This document shows, piece by piece, positions 38,236 through 51,636 of a stretch of DNA of 64,000 bases; positions within the stretch are counted from its first letter, which is position 1; each line of letters opens with the position of its first letter. Source of the DNA: Leucoraja ocellata. Lineage: Eukaryota. Below the pieces are notes generated by a model. The model was not told the origin of the DNA. It saw only the letters and a list, made by a program, of their open reading frames with translations, and searched no databases. The translations under genes were made by a program, and so were the position numbers. The stretch lies in the NCBI GenBank assembly GCA_036785375.1, contig JAWMAR010000001.1:23126001-23190000 (forward strand), given 5' to 3'.

Positions 38236-40059
38236 GGAGCAGGTTATAACATTTTTTTTTGTGCTGGAAGGGGGTTAGATTGGCTCCCCCAATTAGCATA
38301 GATCCAACTCTGCTTCATCAGATTAAGCTCTCATCGGGCAGCCCCTTGCCCACAAGACGACATCGTCGTCTTCCTTCTCCTTCTGAAAGATGCGTGTCTG
38401 CAGAAATCCAACACGCACAGAGTCATGACGTGGCTAGGGGAGTGTGGGTCTTTGATGATATTAGTTTCTCGAGGCCATGCTCTCTATAGATTCCTTCTCT
38501 AAATGGTGGGGCGGTCAGTATCCATGTTGGACCGGGCAATAGCCACCACTTTCTGCAGCAACCGTGCTATGGTACAAGCAGTATGTTCTCCACTATGGTA
38601 CAACCAGTATGTTGACATTCAATAGCGTATCCAGCAACATGCCGAATCGCTTCAAACTTTTAACGAGCTTCCTTCATGATTACATCAACATGCGAGGTCC
38701 AAGACAGATCAGATTTATTTTCCCCAGAAACCTGAAGCTGTTGACTCTCTCTACCACTGCCCTACCAATCTAACATCTCCTCCTCCCTGACCATCAACAC
38801 AGGTGTACGTCAGGGCTGCTCTACTCTCCAAATGCCATTTATATCAACACGGCCTCCAGTTCCTTCGTCCTAACACACAAAGGAGGCGAGAACATGCACA
38901 TCCAGCACATGCAGGTTGAACATCTAGTTATCAAGCTTTCCTTCTGGCTGGGAAGGGTAAAGAGTGGCTACAACATCAACAGCAGCACTGGAGCTTCATT
39001 CCCCTTTTCCCAGACGTCTGGAGTAGCTTGCTTGAAGCTGGCTTTCCCTTCCTGACGCCAGCTAATCAGGTCCTTGGACTTGGTAACATTGAGAGCAAGA
39101 TTTTCTGTAATTTTATCAGATCGTATCGAATTGATAAGGTCTGTTTCCAAATTAATTTGGATAAACTATGTTTATTTTGAATGATTTTCAGATTGTGGGC
39201 ATCGATGCCTAGGCCATCTTTTATTGACTGTTCCTAATTGCACTTGAGGTGGTGTGAACAGACTTCCTGAATCGCCCAACCATTTGGTGAAGGTGCTCCC
39301 ACAACGCAGCCGGGGAGGGAGTTCCAAGATTTAGACTCCACAGATGGACGGGCAATAGATTTTGATGCCAGTATGTAGGGAAACTTGAAGGTTGATAAAG
39401 TGTTTTGTCACTCCTGTCCTTATTCTTCTTGTCAGTGATGTCAGTAAAACAACTTTACAATTTTAGGGTGATTTGTCCATGTCAACAGCATACTCACAAA
39501 TAAAAATATTTCCCTTGCCATACGAGACCAAGCCTAGTCTGCAGTTTCAAAGTAGAAGCTGAATATTCATGAAAAATTAAACCAAATTGGAATCATCTGA
39601 AGGATTTCACAATCTACTTTTCATAATGGCTTTCGTGTTTGCAATATAATACAAAGACATTCAATATCTTCATGCAGATAAGCCATTGAGTGTTGTTTTA
39701 AAATTACAGGGAAATTCACCTTGAAGGATTAACTTATGAGAACAATTTGGCTGTAGATGGAAACACAGGAAGATGAGAAACTGAAATCCTTTGGTTACAT
39801 AACCATGCACTTCTTTCATATTAATCTCGTGTATCCAACTCCTTGCATTACTTCTGCATTGTGGCAATACCAACCACAAATGAAAATAAATCCAACACAG
39901 AAATCTAAACATTTCTTTTGTTCTGCAGCTTCATGAGCCCAAATGGAGCCGTTCCATGGAGTTTCTCTCATACAGTATTTTCGATCACAAGAATGCATAT
40001 CTCTGCATTTTTCTGCATTGTATATATTATGGATATGTCCCCTCAAATCAATGCTACAT

Positions 40060-40885
40060 TGCAGGCGTGGATGCTAAAACTGCTGACCTTATGTACGAAG
40101 AACTTTTCGATGAAGATCCATTCGCAGACAAAACAGCTGAGATTGGGAAACAGCTCACAGATGGATTCAATGAGGCAAAATGCAGACAATGGTAGGACCT
40201 AATAGAAACACTTACGACATAGCAGCAGGAAGGCATGGGGACATTGAGATGTCTCGGTAATGACCCCACCCACAGTAAACCACCTGGAAATATGACTGCT
40301 AACCAGGTTGCTCACCAGTTGTTGCCAAACAGCTAGAGTAGTGGTAAGAAACCTCCACCCCCAAAGGTTGTTGATGGCAACAACCGAAACGACGAATGGT
40401 ACATCCAACCTTTCACCATGGATGAACTCAACAAAGCCCTGAATGTGATGAAACCTAACAAAGCAGCTGGCTTAGACAACATCAGAACTGAGATGTTGCA
40501 ACATCTGGGTCCCAGAGCACCAGAATGGCTGCTGGAAATGTTTAACATCTGCATAGCAACCAACTCCATTCCACGAGTCTGGTGGAAATCCATGGTTGTT
40601 TACCAAAATCAGGCAAAGATGCCAATCTTCCCAGCAGCTACCGGCATATACCCCTGCTGTGCCACCCATACAAACTGATGGAAACATGCATACTGAACTG
40701 CATCACGCTGGATGTAGACGATGTCTTGATACCTGAACTGGGTGGGCTCCGCCACGGAAAGTCAACAACAGGACCACTGCTGAACCTCACTCAACACATT
40801 GAAGATGGCTTTGACTGAAAGCTGATCAAAGGTGCAGTATTTGTAAACTTGTCCGCAGCATATGACACTGTAAACCACCTACTGA
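40060..40885 (+). mobile_element. Vingi/Ingi-clade LINE RT fragment
   Basis: KAAGLDNI, SYRHIPLLCHPYKL, GKSTTGPLLNLTQHIEDGF and GAVFVNLSAAYDTVNH. Confidence 0.75.
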
Positions 40886-41157
40886 CTTGCGGCGGAGAAG
40901 CATGCACTGCGGACGATCTCCGCAGAGGCACAGAAGTGGCACTGGCTGTGGCAAAGTGATGGCAGAATGTCGTCTGACACACGAGCGAACAAAATGCTAC
41001 ATTGTACATGTTAATGGTGTAAAAAAGATATCTGATGGCATTAATTACTGCAGTTCCAGGACGACAATCAGTCGTGTTCTCGGTCTGATTCGATGAATGT
41101 ATTCTGACCAAAGAACTACAAAGCGAACTGCAACTCAAATTTTCCTTTCTCAAATAG

Positions 41158-41742
41158 GGAGGGCGGAGGACAACAGCACAGTCAAAAAAGACATACTGTG
41201 CTGTTTGCTGGTCTGCTCCACACACGCAGGCTGCTGGTGAATGCAGCCCCCAGCGATGCATGTTGGCATTGAACAGGCCGACCTCTGTACGGAGCCAGTT
41301 CAGGGCGACCTACTCTTTGCGGGGTAGGTCCGAGCCGGGTGGGGCTGTGGTATTCGGTGCAACAGTGAATTGAGGAGGTCGCGATGTCTGTTCCCAGCTG
41401 GTTCTCCATGCTCCTAGTGTGTAGAAAACGGAGCCACAGAGGGTCGCTGCGTGACGGGAGAAGGGGCGATGATGACAGGCGTTGAGGTCCCAGTTGCTGC
41501 GAGTCCTGGGAGATGGTGCAAAGGATGTTTGGCGTCTGATGGGCCTTGAACACCAGCCTGAGTGAAGTACTCTCTGCGAAGCTTGGCGGGTGTGATACCT
41601 GCGAGCACCGTCGGCGTCGGCAGCCGGTGATGATCCGCATGTTGCCGTTGAGGATGGTGTCCAGCTTGCTAGTATGAGCACTGGGGCACCATGCTGGAGT
41701 GGTGTACTCAGCCACACTGTACACGAGTGCAAGATATAGCAT
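41158..41742 (-). mobile_element. Vingi/Ingi-clade LINE C-terminal fragment
   Basis: ALVYSVAEY, MRIITGC, LAGITPAKLRRE and C-terminal zinc motif CVCGADQQTAQYVFFDC. Confidence 0.75.
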
Positions 41743-41759
41743 ATAGTATATAGCATCTC

Positions 41760-42200
41760 AAATCATCAGGGGAACCTGCAGTCTTCCAAATTCATTGACA
41801 GAAACATGAGCTAACATTAAGAGTTCTTTCTCAGAATAACAACCCAGGACTGAGGCTCTCATTATGCTCAGCGATCGATGAGAGGGACATATGCTTGCAG
41901 GCTCTCAAAACAGCCATAATAAATTCTGGCATGGCAAGAGATTATCAGGAGCCAAGAGGAAATGCCTCAAGCTTATTCGCAAAGCTTCCTTAGAAAAAAT
42001 ATTGCATCCTTAATGACTCATGGAAATCCTCATCCAAAAACCAAGACAGAGGTGCATCATGGTAACTGAAAATCTAGTCTCTATATCAAAAGTACAAGGA
42101 TTAGTGGAAGCTGCAAAAGAGTACACCATCTCCTCTACCATCCCTTCACTACAAACATCTCCTGTAGCACTCAAAACAAGTTTGGCAGGTTGGTATTCCT
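41760..42200 (+). mobile_element. RTE-clade LINE 3' fragment, decayed
   Basis: Remnants of GKR...GG...KRFKD.LKASL-type C-terminus; weak. Confidence 0.45.
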
Positions 42201-43473
42201 GTTACTTTTAAGATGTATCCAGGATTTACTGAAACATGGTGGTGCTAGAACTTTCAGATAAAAACTCATACCATACACCAATAATTGGGAAAAATATGAT
42301 TTTGTTTTATTACTCGCTCTCTTAAAATAATTATTCAAAACAGTTGATCCAAAAGATGGCATTATTGTTGTTTAACACCTTTTAGAAGGAACCCATTTCC
42401 TCACCTAATTGAATTTTGAACTGCATGCTCCTTTACTGTTTTATTTGTTTTTTTGACCTCGATATTGAAGGTTATGGTACAAAGCACAGAGGGCATCAGG
42501 TAGCTTATCTACAGTCAATATTGAAAACAACGACTATAGAACGGTTACAAAATGCATTCAAGTCTTATTAAACTACATGTTCAATTTAATTAGTTCAACA
42601 CGCAACCAGTTAGTATTCAAGTGCTACACGTTAATGTCATAAGGTCCATTATCTAATAAATCAACAAAAAGCAAACATGAAGGCCAGCCAACCCCTGATG
42701 CATATCACTTTAGTGTAACAGCTTTTTCATTACAACTAATTTATTCTGTGAAAATCTATCTTCATGCCACTTTTTAAGCAAAACATGTAACTTAATTACT
42801 GATCTACTTTTAACAAGCAGAAGGCCTGCTTCTACACAAACCACAGGACACACTGTCCACTTTGAGTCTTCTTAATGCAAACATTTAAATCTTATAGAAA
42901 GAGAAATTTAAAGAAGTTGTACCATTATAACTTTGTTGATTTTTGTTTTTAAACAAGTATTTATAGCAAAATAATGTGTGTTGAAGCATTCACTTCGGTG
43001 TCAAATAATTGCAATAGTATTCAGATCATCAGGTAAAATAAAGCATATTTACAAACAAAATACAAACAACCCACAATCTCAGGATCAATTTAGTGGATTA
43101 CAACAATTGATTAGTAAGGGTGTCAGAAGTTATGGGGCAAAAGCAGGAGAATGGGGTTGAGGGAAAAATAGATCAGCCATGATTGAATGGCGGAGTAGAC
43201 CTGATAGGCCAGATGACCATATTCTGCTCCCAGAATTTATGGACTAACGACACAGAGCCATCAAGTTCTCCGTTGCATTGTTGAATTTCAGTGACATTTC
43301 ATTGGAATAACAATTAGCTCAAAACTACTTTAAAAATCACTTGCGTGTGTGTTTGATACAGTGTATGTCTGGCTGCAATGGCATGTGCTGTTAACCGTAC
43401 AGTGTAGTCAAATTGCAGGATAATGCCATTTCAGTTAAACATTAAAAGGTACCATATCGCATGCACGTATGTA

Positions 43474-45085
43474 CAGTGGCTTGCAAAAGTATTCATACCC
43501 CTTGAACTTTTCCACATTTTGTAACGCTACAACCACAAATGTAAATGTATTTTATTGGGATTTTATGTGATAGACCAACACAAAGTGGCGCATAATTGTG
43601 AAGTGGAAGGAAAATGATACTTGGTTTTCAATTCTTTTTACAAATAAAAAACTGAAAAGTGTGGCGTGCAAAAGTATTCAGCCCCCTTTACTCTGAGACC
43701 CCTAAATAAAATCCAGTGCAACCAATTACCTTCAGAAGTCACCTAATTAGTAAATAGAGTCCACTTGTGTGTAATCTAATCTCTGTATAAATACAGCTGT
43801 TCTGTGAAGGCCTCAGAGGGTTGTTAGAGAACATTAGTGAACAAACAGCATCATGAAGCCCAAGGAACACACCAGACAGGTCAGGGATAAAGTTGTGGAA
43901 AAGTTTAAAGCAGGGTTAGGTTATAAAAAAAAAACCCCAAGCTTTGAACATCTCACGGAGCACTGTTCAATCCATCATCCGAAAATGGAAAGAGTATGGC
44001 ACAACTGCAAACCTACCAAGACATGGCCGTCCACCTAAACTGACAGGCTGGGCAAGGACAGCATTGATCAGAGAAGCAGCCAAGAGGCCCATAGTAACTT
44101 TGGAGGAGCTGCAGAGATCCACAGCTCAGGTGGGAGAATCTGTCCACAGGACAACTATTAGTTGTGCACTCCACAAATCGGGCCTTTATGGAAGAGTGGC
44201 AAGAAGAAAGCCATTGCTGAAAAAAAAAAGCCATAAGAAGTCCCGTTTGCAGTTTGCCACAAGCCATGTGGGGGACACAGCAAACATGTGGAGGAAGGTG
44301 CTCTGGTCAGATGAGACCAAAATTGAAGTTTTTGGCCTAAATGCTATGTGTGGCAGAAAACTAACACTGCACATCACCCTGAACATACCATCCCCACTGT
44401 GAAACATGGTGGTGGCAGCATCATGCTGTGGGGATGCTTTTCTTCAGCAAGGACAGGGAAGCTGGTCAGAGTTGATGGGAAGATGGATGGAGCCAAATAC
44501 AGGGCAATCTTGGAAGAATACCTGTTAGTCTGCAAAAAACTTGAGACTGGGGTGGAGGTTCACCTTCCAGCAGGACAACGACCCTAAACATACAGCCAGA
44601 GTTACAATGGAATGGTTTAGAACAAAGCATATTCATGTGTTAGAATGGCCCAGTCAAAGTCCAGACCTAAATCCAATTGAGAATCTCTGGCAAGAGTTGA
44701 AAATTGCTGTTCACAGATGCTCTCCATCCAATCTGACTGAGCTTGAGCTATTTTGCAAAGAAGAATGGGCAAAATGCCAGTCTCTAGATGTGCAAAGCTG
44801 GTAGAGACATACCCTAACACCCTTGCAGCAGTAATTGCAGCGAAAGGTGGTTCTACAAAGTATTGACTCAGGGGGGCTGAATAATTTTGCACGCCACACT
44901 TTCCAGTTTTTTTATTTGTAAAAATATTTGAAAACCATGTATCATTTTCCTTCCACTTCACAATTATGCACCACTTTGTGTTGGTCTATCACATAAAATC
45001 CCAATAAAATACATTTACGTTTGTGGTTGTAACGTGACAAAATGTGGAAAAGTTCAAGGGGTATGAAAACTTTTGCAAGCCACTG
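43474..45085 (+). mobile_element. Full-length Tc1 transposon (IR/DR type) with frameshifted DD34E transposase
   Basis: ~210-bp TIRs starting CAGTGGCTTGCAAAAGT, TA flanks; [15 protein letters not shown] and [11 protein letters not shown] motifs; paired-like HTH with GRPPKL. Confidence 0.96.
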
Positions 45086-45574
45086 TATATGAGGTTTATT
45101 GGCTTTACAAGTAAAACAATAAAGAGTAAAAGATACTCTCAATAATCCTTGTCTGCATTTTAGTCCTTAATAATATGGCCTTCCCAACTATCATAGTAGT
45201 ACAACTGGCATAACAGCACATTAAAGACAAGGGCTGGCCAGATATGATGTGTAAGGGTGAAACGGGCTGCAACTACAACTTAAATAATGGAAACTGAAAT
45301 CAATGTAATTATGATGATTAAAGCAATGTTTGCCCTGGGAAAGAGCACAAGTGATTATTTTCTACAATTCTACCAATTGCATTTTACCAACTTATTTTCT
45401 TGTAGCCCCAACATTTTATTATTGTCACATGCACCAAGATACAATTGAAACTTTTGATTTGCAAGCTGTCCCGGTTTACACAAGTACATAGACCCACAAC
45501 CAGATAGATTGGAATTAATTCTTAGCATAGAGGTCCATGCTAGAATCTTATAACACCAGCTAAGAAGCTGATTT

Positions 45575-46240
45575 TAAATCCGGTAGCTTTCGTGCTTATG
45601 TATCTTCTGCCCAAACAGGAGATGCGAAGATAGAATAACCTAGGTGTGAATGATCCTTGATTATGCAGGCTACTTTTCAGAGGCAGCATTGTATCATTGG
45701 AATCAATTAAGCCAAAGGTTAAAGACTAGTTTGCATGGTGGACTGCATTCACAATTCTGTAATTTCTTGCTGTTTAGGGCAGAGAAGTTGCCATACCAAG
45801 CTGTGATGCATCTACTTAGGATGTTTTCTATGGTGCATATGTAGAAATTGGTAAGAGTTAAATGAGTCATGTTAAATCTTCTTAGCCTTCTGAGGAAGTA
45901 GTAGGAGGCATGGGTGGTTTCTTGGCCGCACATCAATGTGGTTGGATCAGGCCAAATTGTGAATGATATTTACACCTGGAAACTTGAAGCTCTCAACAAT
46001 CTCTACTTCGGCACCATTGATACAGGCTGTAGTGTATACACCACTCAGCTTCCTGAAGTCGATAACTAGTTCCTTTTTTCTGACCTTGAGAGAGACAGAG
46101 GTGTCATGACATCGTGTTACTCTGCTTCCTGTCTCCTTCCTGTATTTCATCTCAATATTTTTTGAGATCCGGTCCATTGCAGTAATGTCATTGTAAATGG
46201 AGTTAAGAGTATAATTTGGCTGCAGAGTTGTGAATGCAGA
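45575..46240 (-). mobile_element. Rex1/Babar-type LINE 3' fragment
   Basis: KELVIDFRK, ESFKFPGVNI, YFLRRLRRF and CITAWYGN motifs. Confidence 0.8.
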
Positions 46241-46244
46241 GTAG

Positions 46245-47392
46245 GTGCCCCTCATAAGATTTGAAACAAAGACCCATCAGTTATTTATTTGCCTCTGTAC
46301 TCCACAGTTTGAGATTTGTAATAGAAAAAAATTAGTTAAAGTGAACATGGTCAGATTTCATTCCAGGTTATTTTTATACATTTTGGTTTCACCATGTCAA
46401 AATTACAGCTGTGTTTATACATAGTCTCCCCATTTCAGGACATCATGTTTGCGACACATGGCTTCACAGGTGTTTGCAATTGCTCAGGTGTGTTTAATTG
46501 CCTCTTTAATGCAGGTATAAGAGAGCTCTCAGCGCCTAGTCTTTCCTCCAGTCTTTCCTTTACCGTTGGAAACTTTTAATGCAGTTTATCAAAATGAGGA
46601 CCAAAGTTGTACCAAATTAAGTTAAATAAGCCTTTATGAGACTGAGAAACAAGAATAAAACTGTTGAGACATCAGCCAAACCTCAGGCTTATCAAAATTA
46701 ACTGTTTGGAACATCATTAAGAAGAAAGAGAACACTGGTGAGCTTACTAATCGCAAAGGGACTGGCAGGCCAAGGAAGACCTCCACAGCTGATGACAGAA
46801 GAATTTCTCTCTATAATAAAGAAAAATCCCCAAACACCTGACAGACAGATCAGAAACACTCTTCGGGAGTCAGGTATCAATTTGTCACTGACTACTGTCC
46901 ACAGAAGAAATACAGAGGCTACACTGCAAGATGAATCTACTGGTTAGCCACAAAAATAGGATGGCCAGGTTAGTTTGCCAAGAAGTACTTAAAGGAGCAA
47001 CTACAGTTCTGGACAAAGATCTTGTGGATGGATGAGGTGAAGATTAACATATTGCCAGTGATGGCAAGAGCAAAGTATGGAGCAGATAAGGAGATGCCCA
47101 AGATCCAAAGCATATCACCTCATCTGTAAAACACGGTGGTGGGGGTGTTATAGCCTGGGCATGTATGGCTGCTGAAGGTACTGGTTCACCTATCTTCATT
47201 GATGATATAACTGCTGATGGTAGTAGCATAATGAATCCTGATGTCCATAAACACATCCTATCAGCTCAAGTTCAAACAAATGCCTCAAAACTCATTAGCC
47301 GGCAGTTCTTTCTACAGCAAGACAATGGTCCCAAACATACTGCTAAAACAACAAAGGAATTTTTCCAAAGCTGAAAAATGGTCAATCCTTGC
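46245..47392 (+). mobile_element. Second Tc1 family element, decayed and 3'-truncated
   Basis: GRPRKT, VKHGGGGV.AW and LQQDNGPKHTAK; left terminus matches the fragment at 57342-57506. Confidence 0.8.
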
Positions 47393-50300
47393 AGGGTGTT
47401 GCGAATTATCGCCGATCATTTTTTTTTGTCACCTATCCTCATCGATTATGGTCTATGTGTCAGGAAGTTAAGGATCTAGCTGCTGACTCCTAGGACCAGG
47501 AATTGGGAGACGAGTTTGGCTGGCATTATGGTATTGAAGGCAGAAATGTAGTCAATAAACGCAGAACTGTAGTCTGACACAACTGTTATTGTTATCTGGA
47601 TGTTCCAGGGATGAATGTAGAGACAAGGAGATGCATCTGTCGTGTACTTGTCGCAGTAGTAGGTGAATTGCAATGGATCATGGCTGTCTGGGAGGTTGTT
47701 GATGACTTTTATTCCCTCAAATTCCCATCAAATCACCATTGATTTTAATACTTACTACATGAATGGATAGTTTGCCAATTAATCCACCAATGTATCTTTG
47801 TGATGTTGACCATTCAGCAGAAACTGGATCCAGTCACAGGATTACGTGCAAATTCCACACAGAACGCCCACGATCAAGATCAGCCAGGTCCATCCAAGTT
47901 GTAAAGCAGCAGTGCTATTCTCCCCTCCCCACCCCATGCCCATGAGGTGTGACGATCAGTGGGCATCAATATTTGGGCTCATTGCCTTTGACTGTCAAAA
48001 GAAGATTTTCTGAAACCAAAGACAAAATCATCCGCGAATTGCAAGATTGGAGAGTATCAAAATTCTGTCAACCTGGGCAGGTCTTTGGTTTCTCACTGCA
48101 GCAGCAAATGCAGAGATGTTTAAACAAAGGAAAAGAGCAAGGCAATTGGAGGCATGTGAAAAGCTTACCTTCCAACCCAAATTAAATTTAGAATAATATT
48201 AAACAGCATAAGAAAGGCAAATAATTAAGGACATCAAGTGGAAATGTTATGATTTGTAAAGTCAATACCCAATCAAGTTTGCTGAAGAATATGTCAGCGA
48301 AATAAAATATGATAGAAGGCAAGGTGAATTAGGAAAAAACAAATAGAAAAGCAGAAGGGAAACAGTCTTCCACGATCAGCAAGATACAGGTTCTGCACTC
48401 ATTTCTTCTTACATTGCAAGTATTGAGAATAGGAAACAAGGCCGAATCAAAATGAATGCTACCTGTTGTATGGTGCTCACTTAAGGAACAGAACTATTTA
48501 AACTGTTTCATTTGTTATATTTGGATTTTCATTTGGTACAGGCTCTTAAGACTGTATTTTCATCAAAAAATGTTGCTGCATATCTTTGATGAATACTGCC
48601 AAAATTTTGGGCAATAAATCCAGAAGCTCATAAATAATGATCACAAGCGTGACTTTCCAATCTTCAGTGAAGGATCCTTGAACCTCTCCAGCACATCAGC
48701 AGTGATCTACTTGCATGTTTAAATTTTTTTTTTAGGTTATCCAATATAAATATCAGCCCCATTCCACCCCACCCCTAAGAAATAAAACAAATTGGGAGAT
48801 TCTGTACAAACCTAATACAGATGCAGGAAGCATAAAAACAATTTAGTATTTTGTTGAGAGCTGTACAAGTCAGCACTAATAATGGCAGTTAATGAGAAAC
48901 ACAGCTGTGAAGAGAAATCAGGAACAAAATATGATAGAGGATGGTTTAATCCCAAAAAGCAAATTTTGCAGATGAATTTCAAATAAAAGCAGAAAAGACC
49001 AGAAATACTCAGGTCTGGCAGCATCTGTGGAGAGAAAAACAGAGTTAATGTTTCAAGTTAATACCCTTTCAACATTCTATTTCTCTCCACAGACACTGTC
49101 TGTCTTGCTGTGTATTTCCAGCACTGTTCAGTTTAATAGTCCAAGGGTTGTAGATGTGTTTTATCCACCCCAAAAGAATGATTGGTGTTTAATTCAAAAC
49201 CATAAATTCTGTTTGAAATAGTATATGCGGCCAAGTTTACTGGAGCACGAAAGCATGATTTTATCGTTCTGTGCGTTTAGTACTTGGTGCTCACTGGAAG
49301 AACAGAAATGGTGCCATTTTTGTGATGACCATGTTCCTACAGTATAATCATGCTGAAAATTAAGGGATACTGGTGCAGTGAATGTAACCGTCCATTTAGT
49401 GTGCAATTTGAAGCTACCTTATGTTTCTTGCTCTTTTGCTAATGGGATAAAGTGGAAAAAGGGCACGTTTCAGGTTACAAAATCTGATTCACTTAAATGG
49501 CAAATTCACACACAAAATAGAAAGGTGCCCAAGTGAAATTCATATGCCCTCTATCCGACGCTAGAATTTTCTTCCTCCTTTCCAGATATGCATTTATTAT
49601 TCCTCGATAAGTCTAGACAAAAGTCAGCAGAATGTTTGATAAAATCTTACCAAAGCAGGTTAAGTTCCAGGCCAATGAGCGTAACTATTTTTCTGTAGAA
49701 TTCATGTCCACAGAGATGAAGATAAATACATTGGCTGAAATTATATTAAGTCAGAATAGATCAGGAATTAAACATGTGACATCCTTGATTTTGCCATTTA
49801 ACCAATGCTTCATAATTAAATTAGTGTAACAGCATCCAGAAAGTGGATTTTATAGATATGTTTACACTTTAAAATATGGGCATGCAGATGCATTCCATGT
49901 GTCAAGGTGCCAGGCCACTTTCATGAAAGATCAGAATGGAGATATTTATTTTATAGTGTACTGGCACATGCTGAGATATACTCCATTATGATAAAAGGCT
50001 TAGAATGTAGAAAAGTACAGCACAAGAATAGGCCTTTTGGCTCATAAAGTGCTAACCATGTCAAACACGATCTCGCTGAACTAATTGCATCTGACTGTAA
50101 GTGATTCATATCACTCCCTGCATATCCATGCAACTACAAAAAAATCATCTCAAATGCCTCTTTCATATCTGCCTCCTCCACCACCCTGGCAGCACTTTCC
50201 AGGCACCCATCACCCTCCCTGTAAAGATCTGCGCTGCACATCTCCTTTAAAGTTTGCTCCTTTCACATTAAAGTTATACGCTTTAGACTTTGTGCATGGT

Positions 50301-51587
50301 GGTTCAAAAAATAATTAAATGTATCCAATGAAATACTCTTGCTTTTGCTGCTAATGACGTTCATCACCCCATCAACCACACACACCTGATCAAGAAATAT
50401 ATTTTAAACTAGTCTTATGACATGGATGCAACATTCTGTTGCAATGACACAAAATCATTGATTTTATTTAATGATGATCTCAAAATGTTTTCCCCAATTT
50501 GGACAAGGAGCCATTTTGAATGACAATACAAGTCATTTGAAAAGGAAAGAAAATACAGGAGTCTCAACTTGGACCCAATATTTGCATGTGTTAATTTTTC
50601 CATCAATTCAGTAAAACATCTGATTAAAGTAATTTTAATGTCTGTAGGATTCTTACATACACTGCGAGATTCAAGTATGGAGAGGAGTTCAATTGTTTGC
50701 TTGTCCCACAACAGACTCAAATTATTATTTAAAAAACAATGCCTTTTTTGCTTTTTCCTTTCACATCTTTGTAAAATACCGTTTTGATTTCAGATAGCAA
50801 ATGCGTCAAAGTGGAATGGACATCCGAGTTCAGTTTGGATACAACACAAGTCAGAAGGTGGTCTACGATTCATTCCACCAGTGGCTCCTACAAAGTAATT
50901 TCAGATTACTGATCAGTAAAGTTTCCATTGCAGATCACCCATACCTGCATGTTAAAAACCAAACTTCATCCACCAAGAAGATTTTGAATTTCATTTTCCT
51001 TATATATCATATGCTTCCTTCCAACAATAATAACTGGGTACATACATTGACACTACCAATCCAGTTGCTGAAAAAAAGTCCTCAAGAGTTCACATGCAAA
51101 AGAGCACAAAAAAACAATTGCGCTCAAGATATTGCAATTGAAACTTTCCCAGCCTTTCGCAAGTTAAGAATAACTTCAGAGCACATCTTATTCAATTGAA
51201 TATGATGGTTCTGCACTGGCTCAGCAAATAAATGCAATGTATAAAGTACTCAGCCATACAGTCCATGATTTCATCTTTGATATCAATGGTGATAATGTTG
51301 ACCTCACATTTTTTGCAAACTGGCAAATGTCATTTAGAATTGCTACTTCTGAACACCACCCAGTAATCCATGCTGAAAAGTGAATTCGTGGGACAAGAAC
51401 AGGAAGAGGCTCAGAAATGATGCTCTTATCTGGGTTCACTCAAATGCCAGTTGAACGGGGGCATGAAAAAGGGCACATGTATGCATAATTTGAGCAGCTC
51501 CTTTGTGTCATCCTGAGAGAAAAACATGACACGCTTATGCAATAGCAAATTTTGTTTGCTAACATAAACATAGAAATACTACCGTAC

Positions 51588-51636
51588 CTTTTGGTTTATT
51601 TCAAGCAGACCATTCAGTGTTACACTTTGGTCCGTC
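51588..51636 (-). other. Candidate 49-nt 5' UTR exon
   Basis: Acceptor ttatttcctaatttctttcag and donor AAG|gtacgg in unique sequence. Confidence 0.3.
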
